Of a stretch of DNA of 12,666 nt, positions 1 to 8,500 are shown one piece after another. Each line of letters starts with the position of its first letter. Position 1 is the first letter of the stretch. The notes beneath the pieces were generated by a model. That model ran no database searches and had not been told where the DNA came from. It saw nothing but the letters and a program-made list of their open reading frames with translations. Both the position numbers and the translations under genes were made by a program. Source of the DNA: Snowella sp. (GTDB lineage: Bacteria; Cyanobacteriota; Cyanobacteriia; Cyanobacteriales; Microcystaceae); NCBI GenBank assembly GCA_035285545.1, contig JAYKGY010000132.1, forward strand, positions 1-12,666, read 5' to 3'.

Positions 1-122
1 GGACTCATTTGAGAGATAGTTATCCGAGCATTTGCTAGGGAAATAACCGTCCACCTAGCTAGTGAAGTTAGCGTTCGCTAAAATGTACCAATTTCGTTCC
101 TATTGACTTTTCGGATAGGCTC
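1..122 (-). mobile_element. Terminal part (probably left end) of an IS5-family, IS1031-like insertion sequence or MITE inserted in hsdM; TIR 106-122, putative target duplication TAA 123-125
   Basis: The minus strand from 122 reads GAGCCTATCCGAAAAGT, resembling the GAG-N-GAAAAGT ends of IS1031-group elements, and abuts TAA (this group duplicates TNA). HsdM-like sequence (KQAVLDAK) resumes right after TAA, while 1-122 shows no HsdM-like coding. A minus-strand ATG at 8-6 could be the transposase start. The other end is outside the window. Confidence 0.62.
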
Positions 123-2181
123 TAAGCAAGCCGTACTGGATGCAAAAATCAAGTTTGAAGCGTCAGGATTGAAGGATGCAGCCCTTGAGAAGGCCCTCGC
201 TAAGGTGGCATTGGGAAGCGATCGCCGACAGCCCTTTTATAACTTGAGCGAATTTACCTTTGAGGGATTGTTAGACGACTCAGAAGGGATTGCGAATAAC
301 CTCAGAAACTATATCAATGGATTTTCGCCAAAAGCGCGGGATATTTTTGAGAAATTTGAATTTGATAAGGAAATTGACAAACTAGAGGAAAGCAATCGAC
401 TGTACCTGATCATCAAAGATTTTTGTAGCCCCGATTTAGATTTGTCTCCTACCAAGTTATCGAACTTCGATATGGGGAAGGTCTTTGAGGAGTTAATCAA
501 AAAGTTTAATGAACAAGCCAATGAGGAGGCAGGAGACCACTTCACCCCCCGCGAGGTCATCAAGCTCATGGTCAATCTGGCTTTTTGTGGAGAGTCCGAT
601 GTCTTTGACCCAGGCATTTATAAAACGATTTATGACCCCACCGCAGGAACAGGCGGGATGCTATCGGTTGCAGAGGAGTTTATTCGACGACAAAATGCGT
701 CGGTTAATTTGGGGTTATTTGGGCAGGAGTACAATTCAGAAGCCTACGCGATCTGCTGTGCTGACCTATTGATCAAGGATGAACCCATTGAAAATTTAAT
801 TTATGGGGATACCTTGGGGTTAAAGGATAGCAAGCCCAAAGGGAATAATTATTTGCCTCATGATGGGCATCCTGGCAAGCATTTTCACTATATGTTTGCT
901 AATCCACCCTTTGGTGTGGAATGGAAGCCCGAACAAAGTTTTGTTGAGGATGAATACAAAGAATTAGGTTTTAGTGGTCGTTTTGGTGCAGGTTTACCCC
1001 GCATTAACGATGGATCATTGTTATTCCTCCAGCACATGATCTCGAAAATAAATCCAGCACCTGAGCAGGGAGGAGATGGTTCACGAATTGCGGTGGTGTT
1101 TAATGGATCGCCGTTGTTTACGGGGGACGCAGGCAGCGGAGAAAGCAATATTCGTCGTTGGATTATTGAAAATGACTGGCTAGATGCGGTTGTGGCTCTA
1201 CCTGACCAGATGTTTTATAATACGGGCATTTTTACTTATATTTGGCTAGTGACGAACAAGAAAGCCGATCATCGTAAGGGCAAGGTACAGCTTATTGATG
1301 GAACTCGTCATTTCCAAAAAATGAAGAAAAGCCAAGGAGATAAACGCAATGAATTATCGGATAGTCATATTACGGAGTTAGTACGGCTCTATGGTGATTT
1401 TGGTCAGAATGGGACAAGTGAGGTATTAATCGATGGCAAGCTCACTGAGCGAATCTGCTCGAAGATTTTTAATAATCAGGATTTTGGTTTTCTCAAAATT
1501 ACGGTAGAACGTCCTTTACGGTTAAATTTTCAGGCTTCTGCCGCACGAATCGAGTTATTACAGGAGCAATCAGCTTTTCAAGGCTTGGCAACGAGTCAAA
1601 AGCGCAAGGATGCTCGGCAGCAGGAGTTAGAAATTGAGGAGGGCAAGAATCTACAACAACGCATCATAGAGGCTTTGAGCAAGTTGGATGCAGACAAGTT
1701 GTATTTATCTCGGACGGTGTTTGAGAAGGATTTAGATCGGGTCTTGGGTTCGGCGGGGTTAAAATTATCGGCAGCAGTAAGAAAGGCGATTTTAACGGCG
1801 TTGTCGGAGGCTGATCCTGATGCGGAGATCTGTCGAGACAAAAAGGGCAATCCTGATCCTGATCCCAATCTGCGAGATACGGAGATTGTGCCGTTGCCTG
1901 ATGATCTGGCGTTGCCGTTACCGTTGGATTATGGGAAGGATGCGGATGTATTGGAGTTGGTGAATTTGGTGAAATCCCATTGTTTAGACTATTTGGAAGC
2001 GGAGGTGTTGCCCCATGTGCCTGATGCGTGGATTGATTTTGCTAAGACGAAGGTAGGTTATGAGATCCCCTTGAATCGACATTTTTATGTTTATCAGCCC
2101 CCTAGAGATTTGGCTGATATTGAGGCGGATATTAAGGCTTTGGAGACGGATATTATGGCCATGTTGGGGGCGATCGCGTGA
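103..2181 (+). CDS. hsdM: Type I R-M methyltransferase subunit M (N6-adenine), 5'-truncated or interrupted; native sequence runs from ~123
   Basis: Motif I DPTAGTGGML, motif IV NPPF, AGDHFTPREVI, FGQE, FYNTGIFTYIW and C-terminal VGYEIPLNRHFY. The usual N-terminal segment before the (T)KxAVL region is absent. The TTG start at 103 lies within the putative IS end. Confidence 0.93.
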   Translation: MTFRIGSKQAVLDAKIKFEASGLKDAALEKALAKVALGSDRRQPFYNLSEFTFEGLLDDSEGIANNLRNYINGFSPKARDIFEKFEFDKEIDKLEESNRLYLIIKDFCSPDLDLSPTKLSNFDMGKVFEELIKKFNEQANEEAGDHFTPREVIKLMVNLAFCGESDVFDPGIYKTIYDPTAGTGGMLSVAEEFIRRQNASVNLGLFGQEYNSEAYAICCADLLIKDEPIENLIYGDTLGLKDSKPKGNNYLPHDGHPGKHFHYMFANPPFGVEWKPEQSFVEDEYKELGFSGRFGAGLPRINDGSLLFLQHMISKINPAPEQGGDGSRIAVVFNGSPLFTGDAGSGESNIRRWIIENDWLDAVVALPDQMFYNTGIFTYIWLVTNKKADHRKGKVQLIDGTRHFQKMKKSQGDKRNELSDSHITELVRLYGDFGQNGTSEVLIDGKLTERICSKIFNNQDFGFLKITVERPLRLNFQASAARIELLQEQSAFQGLATSQKRKDARQQELEIEEGKNLQQRIIEALSKLDADKLYLSRTVFEKDLDRVLGSAGLKLSAAVRKAILTALSEADPDAEICRDKKGNPDPDPNLRDTEIVPLPDDLALPLPLDYGKDADVLELVNLVKSHCLDYLEAEVLPHVPDAWIDFAKTKVGYEIPLNRHFYVYQPPRDLADIEADIKALETDIMAMLGAIA

Positions 2182-2190
2182 CAGCGTATA

Positions 2191-2199
2191 TGCTATCTT
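2191..2199 (+). promoter_or_regulatory. Putative extended -10 promoter (TGcTATCTT) giving a leaderless transcript starting at the PIN toxin ATG
   Basis: TG-n-TATCTT at 2191-2199 lies 6 nt before ATG 2206, and no Shine-Dalgarno precedes that ATG. Confidence 0.4.
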
Positions 2200-2205
2200 T
2201 TAGAT

Positions 2206-2628
2206 ATGCCAATACGAATTGTTGTGGATACGAGTGTGTTTATCAGTGCCTTAATTGGAACCACTGGAGCCAGTCGTGAGGTGATTCGGCGTTGTTTAAC
2301 GGGTCAGTATGTACCTCTAATGGGCAATGCTTTATTTTGTGAATACGAGTCTGTATTAAATAGGAGTGAAATCAGGAAAAAAGTTAAGCTTACAGAAGCA
2401 GAAATTCAGGATCTTTTTGCTGCTTTGATGAGTGTGAGTGAGTGGATTTTTATTTATTATTTATGGCGACCAAATTTAGTTGATGAAGCAGATAATCATT
2501 TAGTTGAATTAGCGATCGCTGGTAATGCTTCGACAATTGTAACGAATAATATTAAAGATTTTCTAAGAACAAATTTAGTGTTTCCAGATTTAACTATTAT
2601 TAATCCCCAAGATTTAATTAGGAGCTAA
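2206..2628 (+). CDS. PIN-domain (VapC-like, TIGR00305-type) putative toxin RNase, TA pair 1
   Basis: 140 aa; N-terminal IVVDTSVFISAL, conserved E (CEYE), DEADNHLVELA and IVTNNIKDF, which is the PIN acidic-residue layout. Confidence 0.88.
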   Translation: MPIRIVVDTSVFISALIGTTGASREVIRRCLTGQYVPLMGNALFCEYESVLNRSEIRKKVKLTEAEIQDLFAALMSVSEWIFIYYLWRPNLVDEADNHLVELAIAGNASTIVTNNIKDFLRTNLVFPDLTIINPQDLIRS

Positions 2629-2634
2629 CTAGAT

Positions 2635-2859
2635 ATGGGAACTTTAACAATCAGAATTCCTGATGATAAACATTCAAGACTAAAGGAATTAGCAAAACAA
2701 AGAGGGATTAGTGTGAATAAGTTGATGGAAGAGTTATCTACAATTGCTCTGGTTGAGTTTGATGCTCATAATCGCTTTAAGGCTTTAGCATCGATGGGAG
2801 ATCCTAAAACTGGTTTACAAATTTTGGATAAGCTCGACAAGTTTTATGGGGTTGAGTAG
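2635..2859 (+). CDS. Small ribbon-helix-helix (HicB-like) putative antitoxin, TA pair 1 (toxin-first order)
   Basis: 74 aa; TLTIRIPDDKHSRLKELAKQRGISVNKLMEEL is a typical RHH strand-helix-helix; starts 6 nt after the PIN gene. Confidence 0.8.
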   Translation: MGTLTIRIPDDKHSRLKELAKQRGISVNKLMEELSTIALVEFDAHNRFKALASMGDPKTGLQILDKLDKFYGVE

Positions 2860-2899
2860 TTGTTAATTAGTTAAAAATTGAGGATTAGGAGGAATCTTG

Positions 2900-4222
2900 A
2901 TGAGTAGGTATCAGGCTTATGAAAAATATAAAGATTCTGGGGTTGAGTGGTTGGGGGAAATTCCTGAACATTGGAATATTTCCAGAATAAAATTTATTGG
3001 TAATATAAAATATGGATTAGGTGAACCGCCTGAAAAATTAGAAGATGGTTTACCAATTATCAGAGCAACTGATATTTATAGAGGTATAATTGATGGTTCA
3101 AAAGTGCAAAAAGTTAATCCTGATAAAGTACCTTGGTCAAGAAAACCAGAGTTAAAATCTGGAGATATTTTAGTAGTTAGAAGTGGTGCTTATACTGGAG
3201 ATTCTGCAATTGTTACTGATGAATGGGCTGGTGCAATTGCTGGCTATGACATGGTAATAACCCCTACTAATTCACATCCAAAATATATTGCATGGAATCT
3301 ATTAGGTAAGCATATTTTAGAAGGTCAATTATATTTAGCAAAAAGTAGAGCAGCACAACCTCATTTGAATGCTGAGGAATTGGGAAATACAATTCTTTCA
3401 CTTCCTTTACAAAATGAACAAGAACAGATCGCGAATTTTCTAGACCACAAAACTAAGCAAATAGATGATCTTATCGCCAAAAAAGAAGCCCTTCTAGCTA
3501 AACTCGATGAAAAGCGAACTGCAATTATTAGTCATGCTGTAACAAAAGGTCTAGATCCTACAGTTCCAATGAAAGATTCTGGTATTAATTGGCTAGGTAA
3601 TATCCCTAAACATTGGGAAGTGAAACGATTAAAAAATATTGCTTCTTGTAATGATGAAGCTTTAGGTGAGAATACTGCTAATGATTATGAAATTGAATAT
3701 GTTGATATATCTAGCGTTAACTTAGTTTCTGGTATTACTCAATACGAAAACATGATTTTTGAAAAAGCTCCATCTCGTGCAAGGAGAAGAGTTAAAGATG
3801 GAGATACTATCATTTCGACAGTTAGAACATATTTAAAGGCAATTGCTTCAATAAAAGATCCACCTAATAACTTAATTGTTTCTACTGGTTTTGCTGTAAT
3901 TAGACCAAAAAATAATATAAATTCTGCTTATATTGGGTATTTGTTGCAAAGTGAGGGTTTTATTGGTCAAATAGTTTCTTATTCTTCAGGGGTCAGTTAT
4001 CCAGCAATTAATGCAAGTATTCTGATTAGCTTACCTGTTGTTGAACCATCACAAGATGAACAAAAAGCAATCGCAAAATATCTGGATAAAAAAACAGTTG
4101 AAATCGACCTACAAAAAGCTAAGGTTCAAGAAGCAATTGAGCGTTTAAAAGAATATCGTACTGCCCTCATCACTAATGCCGTCACAGGCAAAATCGACGT
4201 GCGCCAAGTTCCTCTTAACTAA
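2900..4222 (+). CDS. hsdS: Type I R-M specificity subunit S (two TRDs)
   Basis: Repeated conserved blocks KDSGVEWLGEIPEHW and KDSGINWLGNIPKHW; EQEQIANFLD and EQKAIAKYLD helices; C-terminal ALITNAVTGKIDVR. AGGAGG at 2887-2892 favours ATG 2900 over TTG 2897. Confidence 0.95.
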   Translation: MSRYQAYEKYKDSGVEWLGEIPEHWNISRIKFIGNIKYGLGEPPEKLEDGLPIIRATDIYRGIIDGSKVQKVNPDKVPWSRKPELKSGDILVVRSGAYTGDSAIVTDEWAGAIAGYDMVITPTNSHPKYIAWNLLGKHILEGQLYLAKSRAAQPHLNAEELGNTILSLPLQNEQEQIANFLDHKTKQIDDLIAKKEALLAKLDEKRTAIISHAVTKGLDPTVPMKDSGINWLGNIPKHWEVKRLKNIASCNDEALGENTANDYEIEYVDISSVNLVSGITQYENMIFEKAPSRARRRVKDGDTIISTVRTYLKAIASIKDPPNNLIVSTGFAVIRPKNNINSAYIGYLLQSEGFIGQIVSYSSGVSYPAINASILISLPVVEPSQDEQKAIAKYLDKKTVEIDLQKAKVQEAIERLKEYRTALITNAVTGKIDVRQVPLN

Positions 4223-4241
4223 CCCATTCAAGGAGAAAACC
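4203..4241 (+). repeat. 39-bp direct repeat copy 1 (hsdS 3' end, stop codon and downstream RBS)
   Basis: gccaagttcctcttaactaacccattcaaggagaaaacc; 36/39 identical to 4897-4935. Confidence 0.92.
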
Positions 4242-4242
4242 C

Positions 4243-4485
4243 ATGCAATCAACAATTTCTCAACCTTCAGCAAACTTGCAACAGATTTTAAACTTACTTG
4301 ACCAACTATCAGAAATTGAAAAACAGCAACTTCGCAAAATCTTAGAAAAAGAATACCGCACCCAAAAAATTAATACGTTTCTTCACGAATTTAAGACCGA
4401 CGAGTTAACCCTAGAAGACATTACCCAAGAAGTTGAAAGCGTTAGATCTGAAGCCTACCTAAAGTCAAAAGAATCTAATGTATAA
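4243..4485 (+). CDS. Small putative antitoxin, TA pair 2
   Basis: 80 aa with AAGGAG RBS at 4230-4235; helical and acidic C-terminus (ELTLEDITQEVESVR); overlaps the downstream PIN gene by 8 nt. Function is inferred from context. Confidence 0.68.
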   Translation: MQSTISQPSANLQQILNLLDQLSEIEKQQLRKILEKEYRTQKINTFLHEFKTDELTLEDITQEVESVRSEAYLKSKESNV

Positions 4486-4885
4486 AGTCATCATTGATAC
4501 AAATATTTGGGTTAGCTTCTTGATTGGCAAGCAATTTGACCAACTCAAAGAACTATTGATCAATCAAACAATTCAGCCAATTTATTCACAACAACTTTTA
4601 GATGAACTATATGAAGTCACTCAAAGACCCAAACTTCAAAAATATTTTCGTAAGGACAAAACTGACAGCCTAATTGAATTTCTAAAAGAAATTGGAGAAC
4701 TAATTCAAACAAAATCAGAAATCTCTATCTGTCGAGACCCAAAAGATAATTATTTACTTGCCTTAGCCCAAGACAGTGATGCTAATTTTTTAATTACAGG
4801 AGATCAAGATTTATTAGTCCTAGAAAAATTTTCTAGAACAATCATAACTAGCTATTCAGATTTTTTAAAACACATCGGTCAATAA
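4478..4885 (+). CDS. PIN-domain (TIGR00305-type) putative toxin RNase, TA pair 2
   Basis: 135 aa; VIIDTNIWVSFL, LLDEL, CRDPKDNYLL and LITGDQDLLVL. Confidence 0.9.
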   Translation: MYKVIIDTNIWVSFLIGKQFDQLKELLINQTIQPIYSQQLLDELYEVTQRPKLQKYFRKDKTDSLIEFLKEIGELIQTKSEISICRDPKDNYLLALAQDSDANFLITGDQDLLVLEKFSRTIITSYSDFLKHIGQ

Positions 4886-4896
4886 AACTTTTGTAA

Positions 4897-4935
4897 GCCA
4901 AGTTTCTCTTAACTAAACCATTCAAAGAGAAAACC
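4897..4935 (+). repeat. 39-bp direct repeat copy 2 (degenerate copy of the hsdS 3' end)
   Basis: gccaagtttctcttaactaaaccattcaaagagaaaacc; the RBS (AAGGAG to AAAGAG) and following ATG (to ATA) are degraded relative to copy 1. Confidence 0.92.
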
Positions 4936-4961
4936 AATAAGCACTATCGGGATGTAATATC

Positions 4962-5168
4962 ATGATACAAACAATCAAGCAAATCAAAATTAGCGAAGTA
5001 GCCGAAGCAATTCAACGAATGGGAGTTGATCAAGATACTCTTGTAAATTTAACGATTGAAACAGTTGAAGAAGATATCTTGACCGTCTTTAATCGAATTG
5101 GTAAAGAAGCTCAAGCCAAAGGATTAACTGAAGAAATATTAGAAGAGCTACTAGCCGATGAATCCTAG
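4962..5168 (+). CDS. Small acidic putative antitoxin, TA pair 3
   Basis: 68 aa ending AQAKGLTEEILEELLADES; overlaps the next PIN gene by 11 nt. Function is inferred from size, charge and coupling. Confidence 0.68.
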   Translation: MIQTIKQIKISEVAEAIQRMGVDQDTLVNLTIETVEEDILTVFNRIGKEAQAKGLTEEILEELLADES

Positions 5169-5592
5169 ATTTATCGTTATTGATACTAACGCTTTAATTA
5201 GCGCAGTTCTTAGCCCTAATGGAATTGCTTATCAAGCTTTTGCCAAAGCAATACAGCATTTTATTTTGATACAAACTAACGAAACTTATCAAGAAATATC
5301 TGAGCGTATCTATAAAACTAAATTTGATAAATATATTTCCGATTCAAGACGAGAAGAATTTTTAATAAGTATCAAAAATATTAGCCAATTTATTCAAACA
5401 AAATCAAAAATTAACGATTGTCGAGATCCTGACGACAACAAATTTTTAGAATTGGTGCAAGATTCTAATGCTAAATTTTTAATAACTGGAGATAAAGATT
5501 TACTAATCCTAACTTCTCAGCCAAAATATCAAGCCTTGATTATTAGCCCTAGAGATTTCTTAGAGCTTGATCTATCTCAACCCGAACCCTAG
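5158..5592 (+). CDS. PIN-domain (TIGR00305-type) putative toxin RNase, TA pair 3
   Basis: 144 aa; IVIDTNALISAVL, YQEI, CRDPDDNKFLEL, LITGDKDLLIL and IISPRDFL. Confidence 0.9.
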   Translation: MNPRFIVIDTNALISAVLSPNGIAYQAFAKAIQHFILIQTNETYQEISERIYKTKFDKYISDSRREEFLISIKNISQFIQTKSKINDCRDPDDNKFLELVQDSNAKFLITGDKDLLILTSQPKYQALIISPRDFLELDLSQPEP

Positions 5593-5598
5593 TAAGCC

Positions 5599-8500
5599 AT
5601 GCACCTTGAAATTAACTTTGAAGAAATCATCGAACACGAACTTATAACAGACTGTGGCTACCACTCAGGCAACTCCAGCGACTATGACCCTGAAAATGCC
5701 CTGTTTCCTAGCGAAATCGTTAATTTTATTCAAAATACTCAACTCAAAAAATGGGAGAAACTCAGCAAAACCAACCCCCACAATGCTGAAACAGTCCTGA
5801 TCGATAGCCTCACCAAAGAACTCAAAGGCCGAGGAATGCTTGATGTACTCCGCAACGGATTCAAATGCTATGGCACAAAATTTCAGATAGCCTACTTTCA
5901 ACCCAATACAGGCATGAACCCCGACACCTTGGCCCTGTATGGAAAAAATCGCCTTACCTGTACCCGTCAGGTGACTATCAAAACAGGACGCATTCCTGAC
6001 ATGATTTTGAGCATCAACGGGCTACCCATCGCCACCCTAGAACTCAAAAACGCCTTTACGGGTAGTCGCGCCGAAAATGCCATTTATCAATACAAAAACG
6101 AGCGAGACCCCAAAGATCCTTTATTTATCTTCAAAGAACGGTGTTTAGTTCATTTCGCAGTCGGGACAGAAGAAGTTTACATGACCACCAAACTCGACGG
6201 CAAAAACACCTACTTTCTCCCCTTCAATAAAGGCAATAGAAACGGTGCAGGCAATCCCAGTGACCCTAAAGGCTACCGTGTTAGCTACCTCTGGCAAGAA
6301 GTCCTACAACGCGACAGCATCCTTGATATTTTGGCCCGATTTCTCCATATCAAAACCGAAAAAATCGACATCAAGACGGAAAATGGGATTAAACATCACA
6401 TCAAAGAAACCGTTATTTTCCCCAGATATCATCAACTCGATGTTGTCCGTAAACTGATCGCCCACAGCAAACAACACAAATCAGGGCATAACTACTTAAT
6501 CCAACACTCCGCAGGGTCAGGAAAATCCAACTCCATCGGCTGGCTTGCCCATCGCCTTTCCAACCTCCACGACGAGCAAGACCAAAAAATTTTTCATAGC
6601 GTCATCGTCATCACAGATCGCACTGTCCTCGACCAACAGCTACAGGACACTATTTACCAGTTTGAACACAAAGCAGGAGTCGTCCAAAAAATTGATGAAA
6701 ATACCCAACAACTTGCAACCGCTCTCAGTGATGGCACATCCATCATCATCTCTACAATCCAAAAATTCCCTTTTATTACCCAAGCGATCAAGACCTTAGA
6801 GAAGAAAGGTAAAAAGCTTAATATCAATACTGCCAATAAACGCTTTGCCATCATCATTGACGAAGCCCATAGCTCCCAAACAGGCGAAACCGCCATAGAA
6901 CTCCGTAAAATTCTCAATCAAGACGGCATTGAAGCCGCGATCGCCAACCAAATCCTAGAAGACGACCTCGACGAAGAAGATCTCAGTGATGCTGCCAAAA
7001 AAGAACTGCTCAGAGAGCAACTAAAACGCACCAAACAACCGAACCTCAGTTACTTTGCCTTTACGGCCACCCCTAAACAAAAAACCCTGTTAGTTTTCGA
7101 TGAACCTGGCGACACGGGGGAAGCTCCCTTCCATCTCTACACCATGCGCCAAGCCATTGAAGAAGGCTATATCAAAGACGTATTAGCCAACTACACCTGC
7201 TACAAACGCTATTACGAACTCATTAAACTTTCCCAAGACGATCCCGAACTACCCCGCCGTAAAACTGCCCAGGCAATCACTCGCTTTGTCGAACTCCATC
7301 CCCACAATATTGCCCAAAAAGTTGAAATCATTATTGAGCATTTCCGCAACCATACCCGCCATAAGATCGGTGGTCGTGCTAAGGCAATGGTCGTGACCAG
7401 TTCCCGCGAACAAGCCGTTACCTATAAGCTGGCGTTTGATAAATATGTGAAGGAAAAAGGCTATACCGACATTAAATGTCTGGTTGCCTTCTCAGGTTCC
7501 GTCTCCCTCCAAGAATATCCAGAGCAGACCTTTACCGAAGTCAACATGAATGGCGGCATTAAAAGCAAAGAAATCCCCAAGAAATTTGAAAGCGAGGAAT
7601 ATCAAGTTTTACTGGTTGCCAATAAATTTCAAACAGGATTCGATCAACCCTTGCTCCACACCATGTTTGTCGATAAACGTTTAGCAGGAGTCCAGGCAGT
7701 CCAAACCCTATCCCGCCTCAATCGTACTGCCCAAGGAAAAGAAGATACCTTTGTTCTAGATTTTGTCAATAGCCAAGAAGATATCTACCAAGCCTTTAAA
7801 CCCTATTATGAAGAAACCCCCATCGGTGAAGGTGCAGACCCCCAGCAACTCAATGACCTTTCCCATCAACTCTACACTTGGCAACTCTTTAGCCACGATG
7901 ATGTAAACCAATGGTGCGAAATTTGGTTCCGTCCTAAAACATCTCTTACGGGTGGCGAACACCAAAAATTGAACAGCCTCCTTGATCCCATCATTGACCG
8001 ATATCTTAATCTCGCCGATTTAGACCAAGAGCAATTTAAAAAGCAACTGACCAGCTTCCGTAACCTCTACCTATTTCTTGCCCAAATCATCCCTTATCAA
8101 GATTCTGACCTAGAAAAACTCTATGCTTATGGTCGTTTTCTGCTCAAAAAGCTTCCCCGTAATACGGAAGTTCCCAAAATTGATTTATCAGGGGATATCG
8201 AACTTAAATTTTATCGACTTGAAAGAGTCAGCGAAGGTAGCATTAACCTAAACGATGGCGAAACACCAGAACCCCTCAGAGGAGCCACAGCCGTCGGCAC
8301 AGGCCGCACAGATCAACGCCTTCCCCTATCCGATCTCATCAACTCTCTTAATGAACGGTTTGGCACAGATTTCACCTTGGCTGATCAACTCTTTTTTGAG
8401 CAGATCACCGAAACCGCGATCGCCAATGACTCGCTCAAACAAGCCGCCAAGGTTAATAGCAAAGAAAACTTTGCCCCAGTCTTCTACAAACACCTTGAAG

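Noticed and set aside
1..125. Group II intron 3' end, or a transposase C-terminus (DFSDRL*) on the + strand
   Set aside because: No domain V/VI motif is present; the DFSDRL* frame has a stop at 36-38, so it is not the end of a long ORF.
103..131. Outward-facing hybrid promoter from TTGACT in the IS end
   Set aside because: No usable -10 box 16-18 nt downstream (gcaagc).
1849..1869. Short tandem repeat aatcctgatcctgatccc in hsdM
   Set aside because: In-frame NPDPDP coding repeat with too few units to suggest phase variation.
2930..3618. Internal repeat in hsdS (aaagattctgg...cattgg) as a shufflon site
   Set aside because: Normal duplicated conserved regions of HsdS in direct orientation; no inverted silent hsdS or invertase in the window.
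4203..4935. 39-bp repeats as a CRISPR array or integron attC sites
   Set aside because: Only two copies, 694 bp apart, non-palindromic; no cas genes and no attC R/L box structure.
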